Positions 17,145-27,661 of a stretch of 33,904 bases of DNA are shown here, in pieces (position 1 is the first letter of the stretch; every line of letters starts with the position of its first letter). The notes beneath the pieces were generated by a model. The model saw only the letters and a list, made by a program, of their open reading frames with translations. It ran no database searches and was not told the origin of the DNA. Source of the stretch: Oscillospiraceae bacterium (lineage in GTDB: Bacteria; Bacillota; Clostridia; Oscillospirales; UBA644); NCBI GenBank assembly GCA_015067385.1, contig SVMP01000003.1, positions 1 to 33,904 on the forward strand, given 5' to 3'. A program made the translations under genes and the position numbers.

Positions 17145-18542
17145 ATGCAACTTTTTAATTCCATGACGGGTCGAAAAGAGACTCTTGAAGCTGTTGACAA
17201 TACCGTCCGCATCTATGCCTGCGGTCCGACAGTTTATAACTTTTTCCATATCGGTAACGGCAGAGCTTTCACCGTTTATGATGTTCTTCGCCGTTATCTT
17301 CAGTATAAGGGCTATAACGTTCAGTTCGTACAGAACTTTACCGACGTTGACGATAAAATTATCAATAAGGCAAACGAGGAAGGCACCGATTTTACATCCG
17401 TTTCTCAGAAGTATATGAACGAATATTTCACCGATGCCGACGGTCTTAACATCCAGCGCGCAACCGTTCATCCCCTCGCAACCGAAAATATTCAGCAGAT
17501 CATCGATATCGTTGCAACTCTCGTTGAAAAGGGCCATGCATACGTTCTCGACAATGACGTATATTTCCGTGTCCGCAGCTTTAAGGATTACGGTCAGCTT
17601 CTCGGCCAGTCTATCGACGATCTTTCCTCCGGCGCGCGTATTTCCGTTGACGACCGTAAGGAAGATGCCCTCGACTTTGCTCTCTGGAAAGGCGCAAAGG
17701 AAGGCGAACCGTATTGGGAATCTCCTTGGGGCAAAGGCAGACCCGGCTGGCATATCGAATGCTCCGCTATGGCTAAACGCTATCTCGGCGATACTATCGA
17801 CATTCATTGCGGCGGCAGTGACCTTCGTTTCCCGCATCATACAAACGAGATCGCACAGTCCGAATGCGCAAACGGCTGCAAGTTCTCTAAGATGTGGTTC
17901 CATGTAGGCTTCGTTAACGTAAATAACGAAAAAATGAGTAAGTCAAAGAATAATTTCTTTACAGTACGTGACCTTGCGGCTGTTTACGGATACGAACCGC
18001 TTCGTTATTTCGCTATTTCCGCACATTACAGAAGCCCCATCAACTATGAACCCGACCTTATTCTTCAGGCAAAAGCATCTCTTGACAGACTTTACAACTG
18101 CGTTGACAATCTCGACTTCCTCGCCTCCTCCGCTTCCGAAACAGCTCTTACCGAAAGCGAAAACGAGGTCCTTGCAAAGTTCGATGTCTTCAGAGCACGT
18201 TTTGAAGAAAATATGGACGATGACCTCAATACCGCAAATGCGCTCTCCGTTCTTTTCGAATTCGTTCGTGAGATAAACAGCACCGTTGCGGATGTTAAAT
18301 ACTCAAAAGAATTTTACGAAAAACTCAAATCTCTCTTCATGGTTCTCGCATCTGCCCTCGGTCTTCTCTACAATCAGGGTAAATCCGCGCTCGAAGAAGA
18401 GATCGAGAAACTTATCGAAGAACGCCAGCAGGCACGTAAAAACAAGAATTTTGCACGCGCAGATGAGATCAGAGACGAACTCAAAGCAAGAGGCATCGTT
18501 CTTGAAGATACAAAAGACGGCGTAAAATGGAAAATGGTTTAA
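17145..18542 (+). CDS. cysS: Cysteine--tRNA ligase
   Basis: CGPTVY, HIGN, DFALWK, GRPGWHIECS, FPHH and KMSKS motifs. Confidence 0.98.
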   Translation: MQLFNSMTGRKETLEAVDNTVRIYACGPTVYNFFHIGNGRAFTVYDVLRRYLQYKGYNVQFVQNFTDVDDKIINKANEEGTDFTSVSQKYMNEYFTDADGLNIQRATVHPLATENIQQIIDIVATLVEKGHAYVLDNDVYFRVRSFKDYGQLLGQSIDDLSSGARISVDDRKEDALDFALWKGAKEGEPYWESPWGKGRPGWHIECSAMAKRYLGDTIDIHCGGSDLRFPHHTNEIAQSECANGCKFSKMWFHVGFVNVNNEKMSKSKNNFFTVRDLAAVYGYEPLRYFAISAHYRSPINYEPDLILQAKASLDRLYNCVDNLDFLASSASETALTESENEVLAKFDVFRARFEENMDDDLNTANALSVLFEFVREINSTVADVKYSKEFYEKLKSLFMVLASALGLLYNQGKSALEEEIEKLIEERQQARKNKNFARADEIRDELKARGIVLEDTKDGVKWKMV

Positions 18543-20563
18543 ACAGTAATATAACTTATCTGAAGGGTGTCGGCGCAAAACGTGCCGAGACTCTTCATAA
18601 GCTCGGAATAGAAACGGTCGGCGATCTTATCGATTATTACCCCCGAACGTATCTCGATCTGAGCAACACCGTCCCTATCAGAGAAATTATCGACGGAGAA
18701 CCTGCTGCGGTCCGTGCAACGCTTGTAACAGATGTCAGCGTTAAAAAAACGGGTCGCGGAGGTTCTCTTACGCTTTATTCTTTTCTCGTTTCGGACGGCA
18801 CGGACACGATGCAGATAACGCTTTTTAACCAAAAATACACCGCAGAAAAGCTTATGAGAGGCGGCGAATATATCTTTTACGGCAAGGGCGAGGTCACAGG
18901 CTTTTTCAGAACGATCAAAAGCCCCGTTATCGAACTTCCCGACAATGCCGCTATCCTGCCCGTTTACCCATTGAGTGCAGGCGTTAATCAGAAATTTCTG
19001 CGTAATTCGACCCGTGCGGCTCTTGATGCGTGTTCCGAACATATAAAAGAAACTTTGCCCGAACATATCATAAAAAAATACGGACTTTTTCCTCGAAAAG
19101 AGGCTTATGAAAAGATACATTTCCCGAAAACACCGGCTGATTCGGAGCAGGCGTTTGACCGATTTGTTATCGAAGAGCTTCTTTATTTTATTCTCGGCAT
19201 AAGTGTTCTTAAAAAGAAAAACAGAAAGCGTGTGTCCGTTCCTTTGTCCGAAGCCGTCGATATGTCCGTTTTCTATTCGGCGCTTTCTTTTGAGCTTACA
19301 AACGCCCAGAAGCGTGTTATAAACGAATGCCTCGAAGATCTGAAGCGTCCCGTTTCGATGACAAGGCTCGTTCAGGGCGATGTCGGAAGCGGTAAGACCG
19401 TCGTTGCGGCGGCGATAATGTACTATGCCAAGATGTGCGGCGGTCAGAGTGCAATGATGGCTCCCACAGAGGTATTAGCCGTTCAGCACCATGAAAATCT
19501 TTCATCGCTTTTTTCGAAATTAGGCGTTACGTGTGCGCTTTTAACAGGCTCTACGGGTGCCGCCGAGCGAAGACGGATCCGAGAAGGAATACTTTCGGGA
19601 CAGATCGATATTTTGATCGGAACACATGCTCTCATTCAAAAAGACGTTTCATTTAAAAATCTCTCTCTCGTTATTGCCGACGAACAGCACAGATTCGGCG
19701 TAAATCAACGCTCTGCACTCACCGAAAAGGGCGAAAATCCGCATACGCTCATCATGTCCGCAACACCGATCCCGAGAACTATGGCGCTCATTCTTTACGG
19801 CGACCTTGATGTTTCCGTTATCGATGAATTGCCCAAGGGCAGACAGAAGATCTCTTCGTTTGTCGTCAATTCTCAGTCGCATGAAAAGATGTACGGCTAT
19901 CTGCGTGAACAGATAGAGCAGGGCAGGCAGGCGTATGTCGTATGCCCGCTTATCGAGGAGAATGATGAGAGCGAAACACGCTCCGTTATCGAATTTTCCG
20001 AGCAGCTTGCCGAGCAGTACCTCAGAGGGATAAATATTTCGTATCTTCACGGTAAAATGCCGCCCAAGGAAAAAGAAGCCGTTCTTCGTAATTTTGCGGA
20101 AGGCAAAATAAGCGTTCTTGTTTCAACAACCGTTATCGAGGTCGGTATCAACGTCCCCAACGCAACCGTTATGATAATCGAAAATGCCGAGAAATTCGGG
20201 CTTTCACAGCTTCATCAGCTTCGCGGACGTGTCGGCAGAGGCTCTCATAAAAGCTGGTGTTTTCTCGTTACGGACCATCAGGGACAGACTCGTTCCCGAC
20301 TGGAGAATTTCTGTAAAACGACAGACGGCTTCGAGATAAGCCGCCAGGATCTTGAACTGAGAGGTCCGGGCGATCTTTTCGGCTCCCGTCAGCACGGTCT
20401 TCCGGGGCTTCGCCTCGCTTCTCTTGCCGATATGGACTCTCTTCGCAACGCCCAACAGATAGCGTCCGAGATCGCATCTCAAAAAGGCTGGTACTCTTTG
20501 CCCGAAAATGCCGAGATCGCCGCCGCAGTCGTTCGTTTATTCGGCAAAACAACGGTCGTTTGA
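18527..20563 (+). CDS. recG: ATP-dependent DNA helicase RecG
   Basis: QGDVGSGKT, DEQHRFGV, MSATPIPRT, QLHQLRGRVGRG and RGPGD motifs. Confidence 0.97.
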   Translation: MENGLNSNITYLKGVGAKRAETLHKLGIETVGDLIDYYPRTYLDLSNTVPIREIIDGEPAAVRATLVTDVSVKKTGRGGSLTLYSFLVSDGTDTMQITLFNQKYTAEKLMRGGEYIFYGKGEVTGFFRTIKSPVIELPDNAAILPVYPLSAGVNQKFLRNSTRAALDACSEHIKETLPEHIIKKYGLFPRKEAYEKIHFPKTPADSEQAFDRFVIEELLYFILGISVLKKKNRKRVSVPLSEAVDMSVFYSALSFELTNAQKRVINECLEDLKRPVSMTRLVQGDVGSGKTVVAAAIMYYAKMCGGQSAMMAPTEVLAVQHHENLSSLFSKLGVTCALLTGSTGAAERRRIREGILSGQIDILIGTHALIQKDVSFKNLSLVIADEQHRFGVNQRSALTEKGENPHTLIMSATPIPRTMALILYGDLDVSVIDELPKGRQKISSFVVNSQSHEKMYGYLREQIEQGRQAYVVCPLIEENDESETRSVIEFSEQLAEQYLRGINISYLHGKMPPKEKEAVLRNFAEGKISVLVSTTVIEVGINVPNATVMIIENAEKFGLSQLHQLRGRVGRGSHKSWCFLVTDHQGQTRSRLENFCKTTDGFEISRQDLELRGPGDLFGSRQHGLPGLRLASLADMDSLRNAQQIASEIASQKGWYSLPENAEIAAAVVRLFGKTTVV

Positions 20564-20604
20564 ATTTTTGTTTTGACAATTTGTTGAACAATCGACTGTA
20601 TCTG

Positions 20605-20633
20605 TTGACATACATGAAATAATATGGTATACT
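20605..20633 (+). promoter_or_regulatory. Sigma-A promoter of rplU-rpmA
   Basis: TTGACA (20605-20610), 17-bp spacer, TATACT (20628-20633) with extended TG. Confidence 0.75.
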
Positions 20634-20637
20634 GAAT

Positions 20638-20700
20638 GGCCGCATTGAAAAGGTCACTAAAAAACGGTTCTCCGTTACCTTCGATAGCGAGACTTAAAAT
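20638..20700 (+). promoter_or_regulatory. Probable L21 ribosomal leader RNA
   Basis: Structured 5' UTR between the promoter and rplU: aaggt...aacgg-ttct-ccgtt-acctt stem followed by GCGAGAC, resembling the Firmicutes L21 leader from memory; no covariance model was run. Confidence 0.55.
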
Positions 20701-20715
20701 AAATGAGGGAAAAAA

Positions 20716-21027
20716 ATGTACGCAGTATTCACAACCGGCGGCAAGCAGTACAAGGCATCTGCAAATGATGTTCTTTACATCGAAAAACTTGACGCTGAAG
20801 CAGGTTCTGTCATCACTTTCGATGAGATCCTTCTTATCGGAGAAGACGGAAACGTAACCGTAGGCAATCCTTTCGTTAAAGGTGCAAAAGTAGAAGCTAA
20901 AGTTGAAAAGAACGGCAAAGGCAAGAAGATCAAGATCTTCAAGTACAAGCCCAAAAAAGGCTACCGCAAAAGAGGCGGCCACAGACAGCCGTATACAAAG
21001 ATCACAGTAACTTCTGTTACCAAATAA
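20716..21027 (+). CDS. rplU: 50S ribosomal protein L21
   Basis: MYAVFTTGGKQY...GHRQPYT. Confidence 0.98.
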   Translation: MYAVFTTGGKQYKASANDVLYIEKLDAEAGSVITFDEILLIGEDGNVTVGNPFVKGAKVEAKVEKNGKGKKIKIFKYKPKKGYRKRGGHRQPYTKITVTSVTK

Positions 21028-21046
21028 TTAAGGAGAGGTGTAAGAC

Positions 21047-21313
21047 ATGGCTCATAAGAAAGGCGTCGGCTCAACTAAAAACGGCCGCGATTCAAAATCT
21101 AAACGTCTCGGTGTTAAGAAGGGCGACGGTCAGTTCGTTCTCGCCGGTAACATTCTCGTAAGACAGAGAGGAACCAAGATCCATCCGGGCGCAAACGTAG
21201 GTATTGGCTCTGATGATACACTTTTCGCTCTTATCGACGGTAAAGTTTCCTTTACCCGTTACGGTTTCAACAAAGAGAAGAGAAAAGTTTCGGTTCAGGC
21301 AATCGAAGAATAA
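21047..21313 (+). CDS. rpmA: 50S ribosomal protein L27
   Basis: [16 protein letters not shown]...[10 protein letters not shown]; strong RBS. Confidence 0.98.
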   Translation: MAHKKGVGSTKNGRDSKSKRLGVKKGDGQFVLAGNILVRQRGTKIHPGANVGIGSDDTLFALIDGKVSFTRYGFNKEKRKVSVQAIEE

Positions 21314-21328
21314 TTAACAACAGGCTGC

Positions 21329-21367
21329 GGAGATGATTTTGCGAGATAAATCATCTCCCGTTTTTTT
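21329..21367 (+). terminator. Rho-independent terminator after rpmA
   Basis: Stem ggagatgattt/aaatcatctcc followed by T7. Confidence 0.8.
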
Positions 21368-21395
21368 AATAAAGCATATCGGAAAGGAAATTTAA

Positions 21396-22670
<1,275 letters not shown>

Positions 22671-22676
22671 TTGACG

Positions 22677-25382
22677 ATGAAAAGATATTTTTTATTGCTT
22701 TTGGCTGCGATCCTGCTCCTTTCGGGCTGTTCTTCAACGGTTGAACCTCCCGTTGTCATTCCCGAAAATAATGTCGAAGAAGAAAAGCCCCGCGTTTTTA
22801 CAAACGGGGAGTGGGATCTCGTTGAAAATCTTTATAAAGAAAATGAATATAACGCCGTCAACTTCTTTGTGTCTCTTTCGGGCGCAATCGCTGACGGTGT
22901 CTATGATGATACCTCCGCCATTCAGGCTGCCCTCGATAAAGCAGGCAACGCAGGCGGAGGCAGTGTTTATATAGCTAAGGGAAAATACCGTATCACACGT
23001 CCGATAAATATTCCCGATAATGTTACTCTCGTCGGCGACTTTGTTTCTCCTACTTCAAAAAAAGGTTCGTCCGACGGTACACTGATAATCGTTGAACCGA
23101 CCGATGTTTTTCGTGACTCCTCGGTTTTTGTTCTCAACAATAATTCAACTCTTTCGGATCTCACCGTCTGGTATGAAGAACAGTCGTTCGAATCTGTCGC
23201 AGAGTATCCGTATACCGTTCGCCACGCTTCCGGAAAAAGCGCAGCAGTCAAAAATATCGCTGTTCTTAACGCTTACAACGGTATAACAGCAGATTCGTCC
23301 TCCTGCGAGGAGTTCCTTGTTGAAAACGTATATATGACTGCATTCAACAATGCGCTCAGAGTCGTTGCATGTAAAGAAAAGCTTACGGTCAGAGGCTTTT
23401 CCGTATCACCTGTTTACTGGATAAACGATAATTTGACCGCTAAGCCCGAAAATTTCGACTTTTCGGCAATAAATGATATAATTTACAACTCTCTTACCGC
23501 CGTAACTCTCATGGGGGTAGGAGATGTCAGCATGACCGATGTTTCCATTGATACCGCAAATGTCGGTCTGCTCTTGAATATTTCCGACAGCACGGACAAA
23601 ACACCGCTGTTCTCTCTCTTGAATATCTCCAATGCGCTTGTCCCCGTTTCTGTTGAAAAGCTTCCCGATGCTGGCGCGGCTTTTGCTCTCTGTACGTTCG
23701 GCACATCAAATCTTCTCAATTCGGTTGCCGTTCGTGTCGGTAAGGATTTCGATTCAACATTAAGCTTCAATTCCTGCTCTTTCCCCGGTCAGCCTTCCGT
23801 TTCCGTCAGAAGCGATGGCACGGGCAGAATGTCTTTTGTCAACTGCAAATTCGTCGGCTGGCGAGATACGGCTCTTGATCTTTCCGATATTATTTTTACA
23901 GCGGTCAATTCTTCGTTCAACGCAGGCTCAATGCCCGTTCGTCTCGGCGAAAAATCCGTCGGTATGCTTGCCCTTTGCTCCGCATCCGCTCTTAACGGCG
24001 AAAAACAGGAGGAAGAGATCATTGTTCCCGAAGAAGGTGAGGGGGAGACGGAGGATGTTATCGAAGAAGAACCGAAAAAAGAAACTCTTTTCGTTGTATC
24101 GACCGAAAATGAATATGAATTCGATACCCTTATCAAATCTTATGTAGGCTCTTCGGCTTCTTCGCCCGATATAGGAAGCAAGATCTTTTATGCGGAGGAT
24201 TACGGCGTTTCAACATCATCTCCCGATAACTCCACAGCTATCCAGACTGCCGTTAATCATGCTTTTACAAGCGGCGGCGGAACTGTTTTTATCCCCGCAG
24301 GTCAGTATAAGATCAACAGCCCCATTCTCATTAAAGAGGGCGTAAGTCTTCACGGTGTCGGCGCAGGAACAGATCCCTTGATCTCAACTGTCCTTCTTAC
24401 CGAAAAGAATGCGGGAGATGCCTTCAATTTCTTTACTCTTGAGGATTCCACCGCAATTCACGGCGTAACGCTTTACTATTATAATATTCCCGACCTCGTT
24501 TCCGAAACAGAGCTTCTGGGTAATGCGATCTATGCCGAAAATAAAAAAGCCATCCATCTTTCCGATATAACATTTGTCCGCCCGTCTGTCGGCATTTCTC
24601 TTAAGGGCTGCGAATCCGTAAGCATTGATAACGTTTCGGGTACGACCGTATCCAAGGGTATTTTACTCGATTCCTGTATTGATATCTATGCCGAGGATAT
24701 TGATTTTACAGCCGAATTTGCAACTACGGACGCTCTTATCTCCTACAGACATTCGAATTACTCGGCTGTCTCCGCTATCGGCGGCGAAGGTATCACTGTA
24801 AGAGACCTCACGTGTTCCGATGCGGACTATGCGGTATATCTCGATGCGGACGACGTTCCCATTGTTCCGGATGAGCCGTCTTTTACGGTGCTTGACCTCT
24901 TTGCAAGAGATGTTTACGCTTCGGCTGCCGTAAATAAATATCCGTATGCATCTTTTATTAACGTGGCATCGCGTCCCACCGTTTTTTCAACAAATGCTTA
25001 TCACCTTACGACATTTTACGGAAACAGAGGTAAGGTAAATCTTTATAATCTTCTCGGTTCGGGCAGTGTGACCGGCGGCGTGTACGCAAGAAGCGGAACG
25101 GTGTCTGTTCAGTCCTCGGTCTTTAACAGCCTCGGTAAAAGCGCCTTGCTTATCGACGGTGCAAACGTCTCACTTATAGGCTCAATGCTCCTTGACAACG
25201 ATTGCACTTATCACGTTGAAGCAAGCTCCGGCGGCGCATTCCTTCTCGGAAACATAACAAACAACCTTTCCACAGAGTTCGGAGGAATCGAAACAAAATA
25301 CATCAGACGTTATATCGACGACGCCGCAAGCTATGCCGATGACGGAAATATCAGAGGAATTTTACCTGAAATTAACAGTTAA
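22677..25382 (+). CDS. Large lipoprotein with two pectate-lyase-superfamily (beta-helix) modules; putative glycoside hydrolase
   Basis: Lipobox LSGC; two copies of the G..DD/N..AIQ.A...GGG.V.I..G.Y beta-helix cap (GAIADGVYDDTSAIQAALDKAGNAGGGSVYIAKGKY; YGVSTSSPDNSTAIQTAVNHAFTSGGGTVFIPAGQY) separated by an acidic linker. Confidence 0.72.
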   Translation: MKRYFLLLLAAILLLSGCSSTVEPPVVIPENNVEEEKPRVFTNGEWDLVENLYKENEYNAVNFFVSLSGAIADGVYDDTSAIQAALDKAGNAGGGSVYIAKGKYRITRPINIPDNVTLVGDFVSPTSKKGSSDGTLIIVEPTDVFRDSSVFVLNNNSTLSDLTVWYEEQSFESVAEYPYTVRHASGKSAAVKNIAVLNAYNGITADSSSCEEFLVENVYMTAFNNALRVVACKEKLTVRGFSVSPVYWINDNLTAKPENFDFSAINDIIYNSLTAVTLMGVGDVSMTDVSIDTANVGLLLNISDSTDKTPLFSLLNISNALVPVSVEKLPDAGAAFALCTFGTSNLLNSVAVRVGKDFDSTLSFNSCSFPGQPSVSVRSDGTGRMSFVNCKFVGWRDTALDLSDIIFTAVNSSFNAGSMPVRLGEKSVGMLALCSASALNGEKQEEEIIVPEEGEGETEDVIEEEPKKETLFVVSTENEYEFDTLIKSYVGSSASSPDIGSKIFYAEDYGVSTSSPDNSTAIQTAVNHAFTSGGGTVFIPAGQYKINSPILIKEGVSLHGVGAGTDPLISTVLLTEKNAGDAFNFFTLEDSTAIHGVTLYYYNIPDLVSETELLGNAIYAENKKAIHLSDITFVRPSVGISLKGCESVSIDNVSGTTVSKGILLDSCIDIYAEDIDFTAEFATTDALISYRHSNYSAVSAIGGEGITVRDLTCSDADYAVYLDADDVPIVPDEPSFTVLDLFARDVYASAAVNKYPYASFINVASRPTVFSTNAYHLTTFYGNRGKVNLYNLLGSGSVTGGVYARSGTVSVQSSVFNSLGKSALLIDGANVSLIGSMLLDNDCTYHVEASSGGAFLLGNITNNLSTEFGGIETKYIRRYIDDAASYADDGNIRGILPEINS

Positions 25383-25450
25383 TTAATCATTTTTGTCATT
25401 TCCGTGCAAAAATAATGAATTATGGAGCACATTTTTGTTTATTCTTTATC

Positions 25451-25479
25451 TTGTTTTTTATTCAATAATAGTGTATACT
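25451..25479 (+). promoter_or_regulatory. Probable sigma-A promoter of the EF-G paralogue
   Basis: TTGTTT (25451-25456), 17-bp spacer, TATACT (25474-25479). Confidence 0.5.
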
Positions 25480-25562
25480 TAAAAGGTAGTGACGTTCAGT
25501 TTACTAACATTGAATTTAACAGAAGTTCGGAATGATCCGAACGAAAGGAGATATAGATAAAC

Positions 25563-27590
25563 ATGCAATATTCGGCATCTCAAATCAGAAATATTTGTCT
25601 TATGGGTCACGGTGGAGACGGAAAGACCTCTCTTGCCGAAGCTCTTCTTTACCACACTAAGGGTACAGACCGCCTCGGTACAACTCCTGACGGAAATACC
25701 ATATGCGACTTTGACCCCGAGGAAATCAAGAGAAAAATATCTATTTCTACCGCAATCGCTCCTATTGAATGGAAAAATACAAAAATAAATATTCTTGATA
25801 CTCCCGGTTATTTCGACTTTGAAGGCGAAGTTCTTCAGGCTCTCAGCGCAGCTGAAACCGCTCTTATCGTTGTTTCCGCAAGAGACGGTGTTAACGTTGG
25901 TACAGAAAAGGCGTTCAAGCTTGCAAAAGCTAAGGGCGTTCCCGTAATGTTCTTTATTTCTAAGGTTGATGAAGAAAATGCCGCTTTCCAGAAGGTTTTC
26001 GATCAGATGAAGGAAATGTTCGGCAAAGGTCTTTGCGCAGTAAACGTTCCCGTATTCCAGAACGACGGTAATCTCGTCGGTTACTATAACCTTGTTGACG
26101 ACGTTTGCCGCAGAGCAGACGGCAGCGGCAAGATCGCTGAAGTTTCTATCCCCGATTATAAGAAAGAAGCTATAGACAGACTCAAAGGTATCCTTAACGA
26201 AGCTATCGCGGAAACCGATGAAGAACTCATGGAAAAATTCTTTGCAGGCGAAGAATTCTCCAAAGAAGAGATCAGAAAAGGCGTTGAGATCGGTCTCGAA
26301 ACCGAAACTCTCGTTCCCGTTCTTTGCGGTTCCTCATATACTCTCGAAGGTATTCCTTCTCTTCTCGACTTCTTTGCTCAGTACGTTCCCGCTCCCAAGG
26401 ATAAATCTTCCGAAGACACCGGTCTTTTCGTATTCAAGACCATTGCCGACCCGTTCGTAGGCAAAATGTCCTTCTTTAAAGTCGTATCCGGCTCTATCGC
26501 AGCAGGCACGACACTTGTTAATCAGAATACCGGCTCCAACGAAAAACTCGGTCATATCTATACCATGAAAGGTAAAAAACAGACCGAAGTTACCGAACTT
26601 TGCTGCGGCGATATCGGCGTTGTTAACAAACTTGCAGCTACCGGAACAGGCGACGTTCTTTGCGTTGCAGGCAGCAACATCGAAGTTAATCCCATTGAAT
26701 ATCCGAAGCCCTGCTTCTCCAGAGCGATCAAACCCAAGGCAAAAGGCGACGAAGAAAAGATCTCTCAGGGCTTGCAGAGACTTGCGGAAGAAGATCTTAC
26801 ATTCTCTTACGTTAACAACGCTGAAACTCATGAACAGGTTATCAGCGGTATGGGCGACACCCATCTCGACGTTATCGTAAGCAAACTTAAATCTAAATTC
26901 AACGTTGCCGTTGATCTTTCAGAGCCTCGTGTTCCTTACAGAGAAGCGATCCGTAAGAAAGTTAAACAGCAGGGTAAACATAAGAAACAGTCCGGCGGTC
27001 ACGGTCAGTACGGTGACGTTTGGATCGAATTCGAACCGTATGACGGCGAAGAACTCCTCTTCGAAGAAAACGTATTCGGCGGCGCTGTTCCGAGAAACTT
27101 CTTCCCGGCAGTTGAAAAAGGTCTCCGTGAATGCGCTCTCAAGGGCGTTCTCGCAGGCTACCCCGTAGTCGGTCTTAAAGCAACTCTCGTTGACGGTTCC
27201 TACCACGACGTTGACTCTTCTGAAATGTCATTCAAGATGGCTGCTTCCATCGCTTTCAAGGAAGGTCTCAAGAACGCTTCCCCGACTATCCTTGAACCTA
27301 TCGGCAATCTTAAGGTTCTCGTTCCCGACAACCTTATGGGCGATATTATCGGCGATATCAACAAACGCAGAGGTCAGATCCTCGGTATGAATCCCGCTGA
27401 AGAAGCAGGTATGCAGGAAGTCCTCGCTACTGTTCCTATGTCCGAAATGGCTTCATATGCAACAGATCTTCGTTCTATGACTCGCGGCCGCGGCTCCTTT
27501 GATTTTGAATTCGATTCTTATCAGGATGCGCCCAGCAACGTTGCTCAGCAGATCATTGAAGAAGCTAAGAAGAATGCAGACGACGAATAA
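25563..27590 (+). CDS. Elongation factor G-like protein (EF-G II type paralogue)
   Basis: GHGGDGKTS, DTPGYFDF, SKVD, KKQSGGHGQYG, DGSYHDVDSSEMSFK and LRSMTRGRG motifs; full five-domain EF-G layout; AAGGAG RBS. Confidence 0.92.
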   Translation: MQYSASQIRNICLMGHGGDGKTSLAEALLYHTKGTDRLGTTPDGNTICDFDPEEIKRKISISTAIAPIEWKNTKINILDTPGYFDFEGEVLQALSAAETALIVVSARDGVNVGTEKAFKLAKAKGVPVMFFISKVDEENAAFQKVFDQMKEMFGKGLCAVNVPVFQNDGNLVGYYNLVDDVCRRADGSGKIAEVSIPDYKKEAIDRLKGILNEAIAETDEELMEKFFAGEEFSKEEIRKGVEIGLETETLVPVLCGSSYTLEGIPSLLDFFAQYVPAPKDKSSEDTGLFVFKTIADPFVGKMSFFKVVSGSIAAGTTLVNQNTGSNEKLGHIYTMKGKKQTEVTELCCGDIGVVNKLAATGTGDVLCVAGSNIEVNPIEYPKPCFSRAIKPKAKGDEEKISQGLQRLAEEDLTFSYVNNAETHEQVISGMGDTHLDVIVSKLKSKFNVAVDLSEPRVPYREAIRKKVKQQGKHKKQSGGHGQYGDVWIEFEPYDGEELLFEENVFGGAVPRNFFPAVEKGLRECALKGVLAGYPVVGLKATLVDGSYHDVDSSEMSFKMAASIAFKEGLKNASPTILEPIGNLKVLVPDNLMGDIIGDINKRRGQILGMNPAEEAGMQEVLATVPMSEMASYATDLRSMTRGRGSFDFEFDSYQDAPSNVAQQIIEEAKKNADDE

Positions 27591-27610
27591 TCTGTAAATT
27601 GAAAAGTAAA

Positions 27611-27640
27611 AGCAGACCGACGTCATGTCGGTCTGTTTCT
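27611..27640 (+). terminator. Hairpin/terminator after the EF-G paralogue
   Basis: Stem agcagaccgac/gtcggtctgtt with a short T tail. Confidence 0.65.
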
Positions 27641-27661
27641 GTAAGAAAGGGTTTTATTTAA

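Noticed and set aside
16803-17903. 366-aa minus-strand ORF antisense to pgsA and cysS
   Set aside because: Shadow frame of conserved genes with no family motifs. The same applies to 7290-8066, 10514-11236, 14385-15275 and the other short overlapping ORFs.
27192-27238. ~47-bp near-identical inverted copy shared with 33686-33732
   Set aside because: Explained by the conserved DGSYH(D/E)VDSSEM.FK motif of the two EF-G paralogues and shared codon bias; not a mobile-element repeat.
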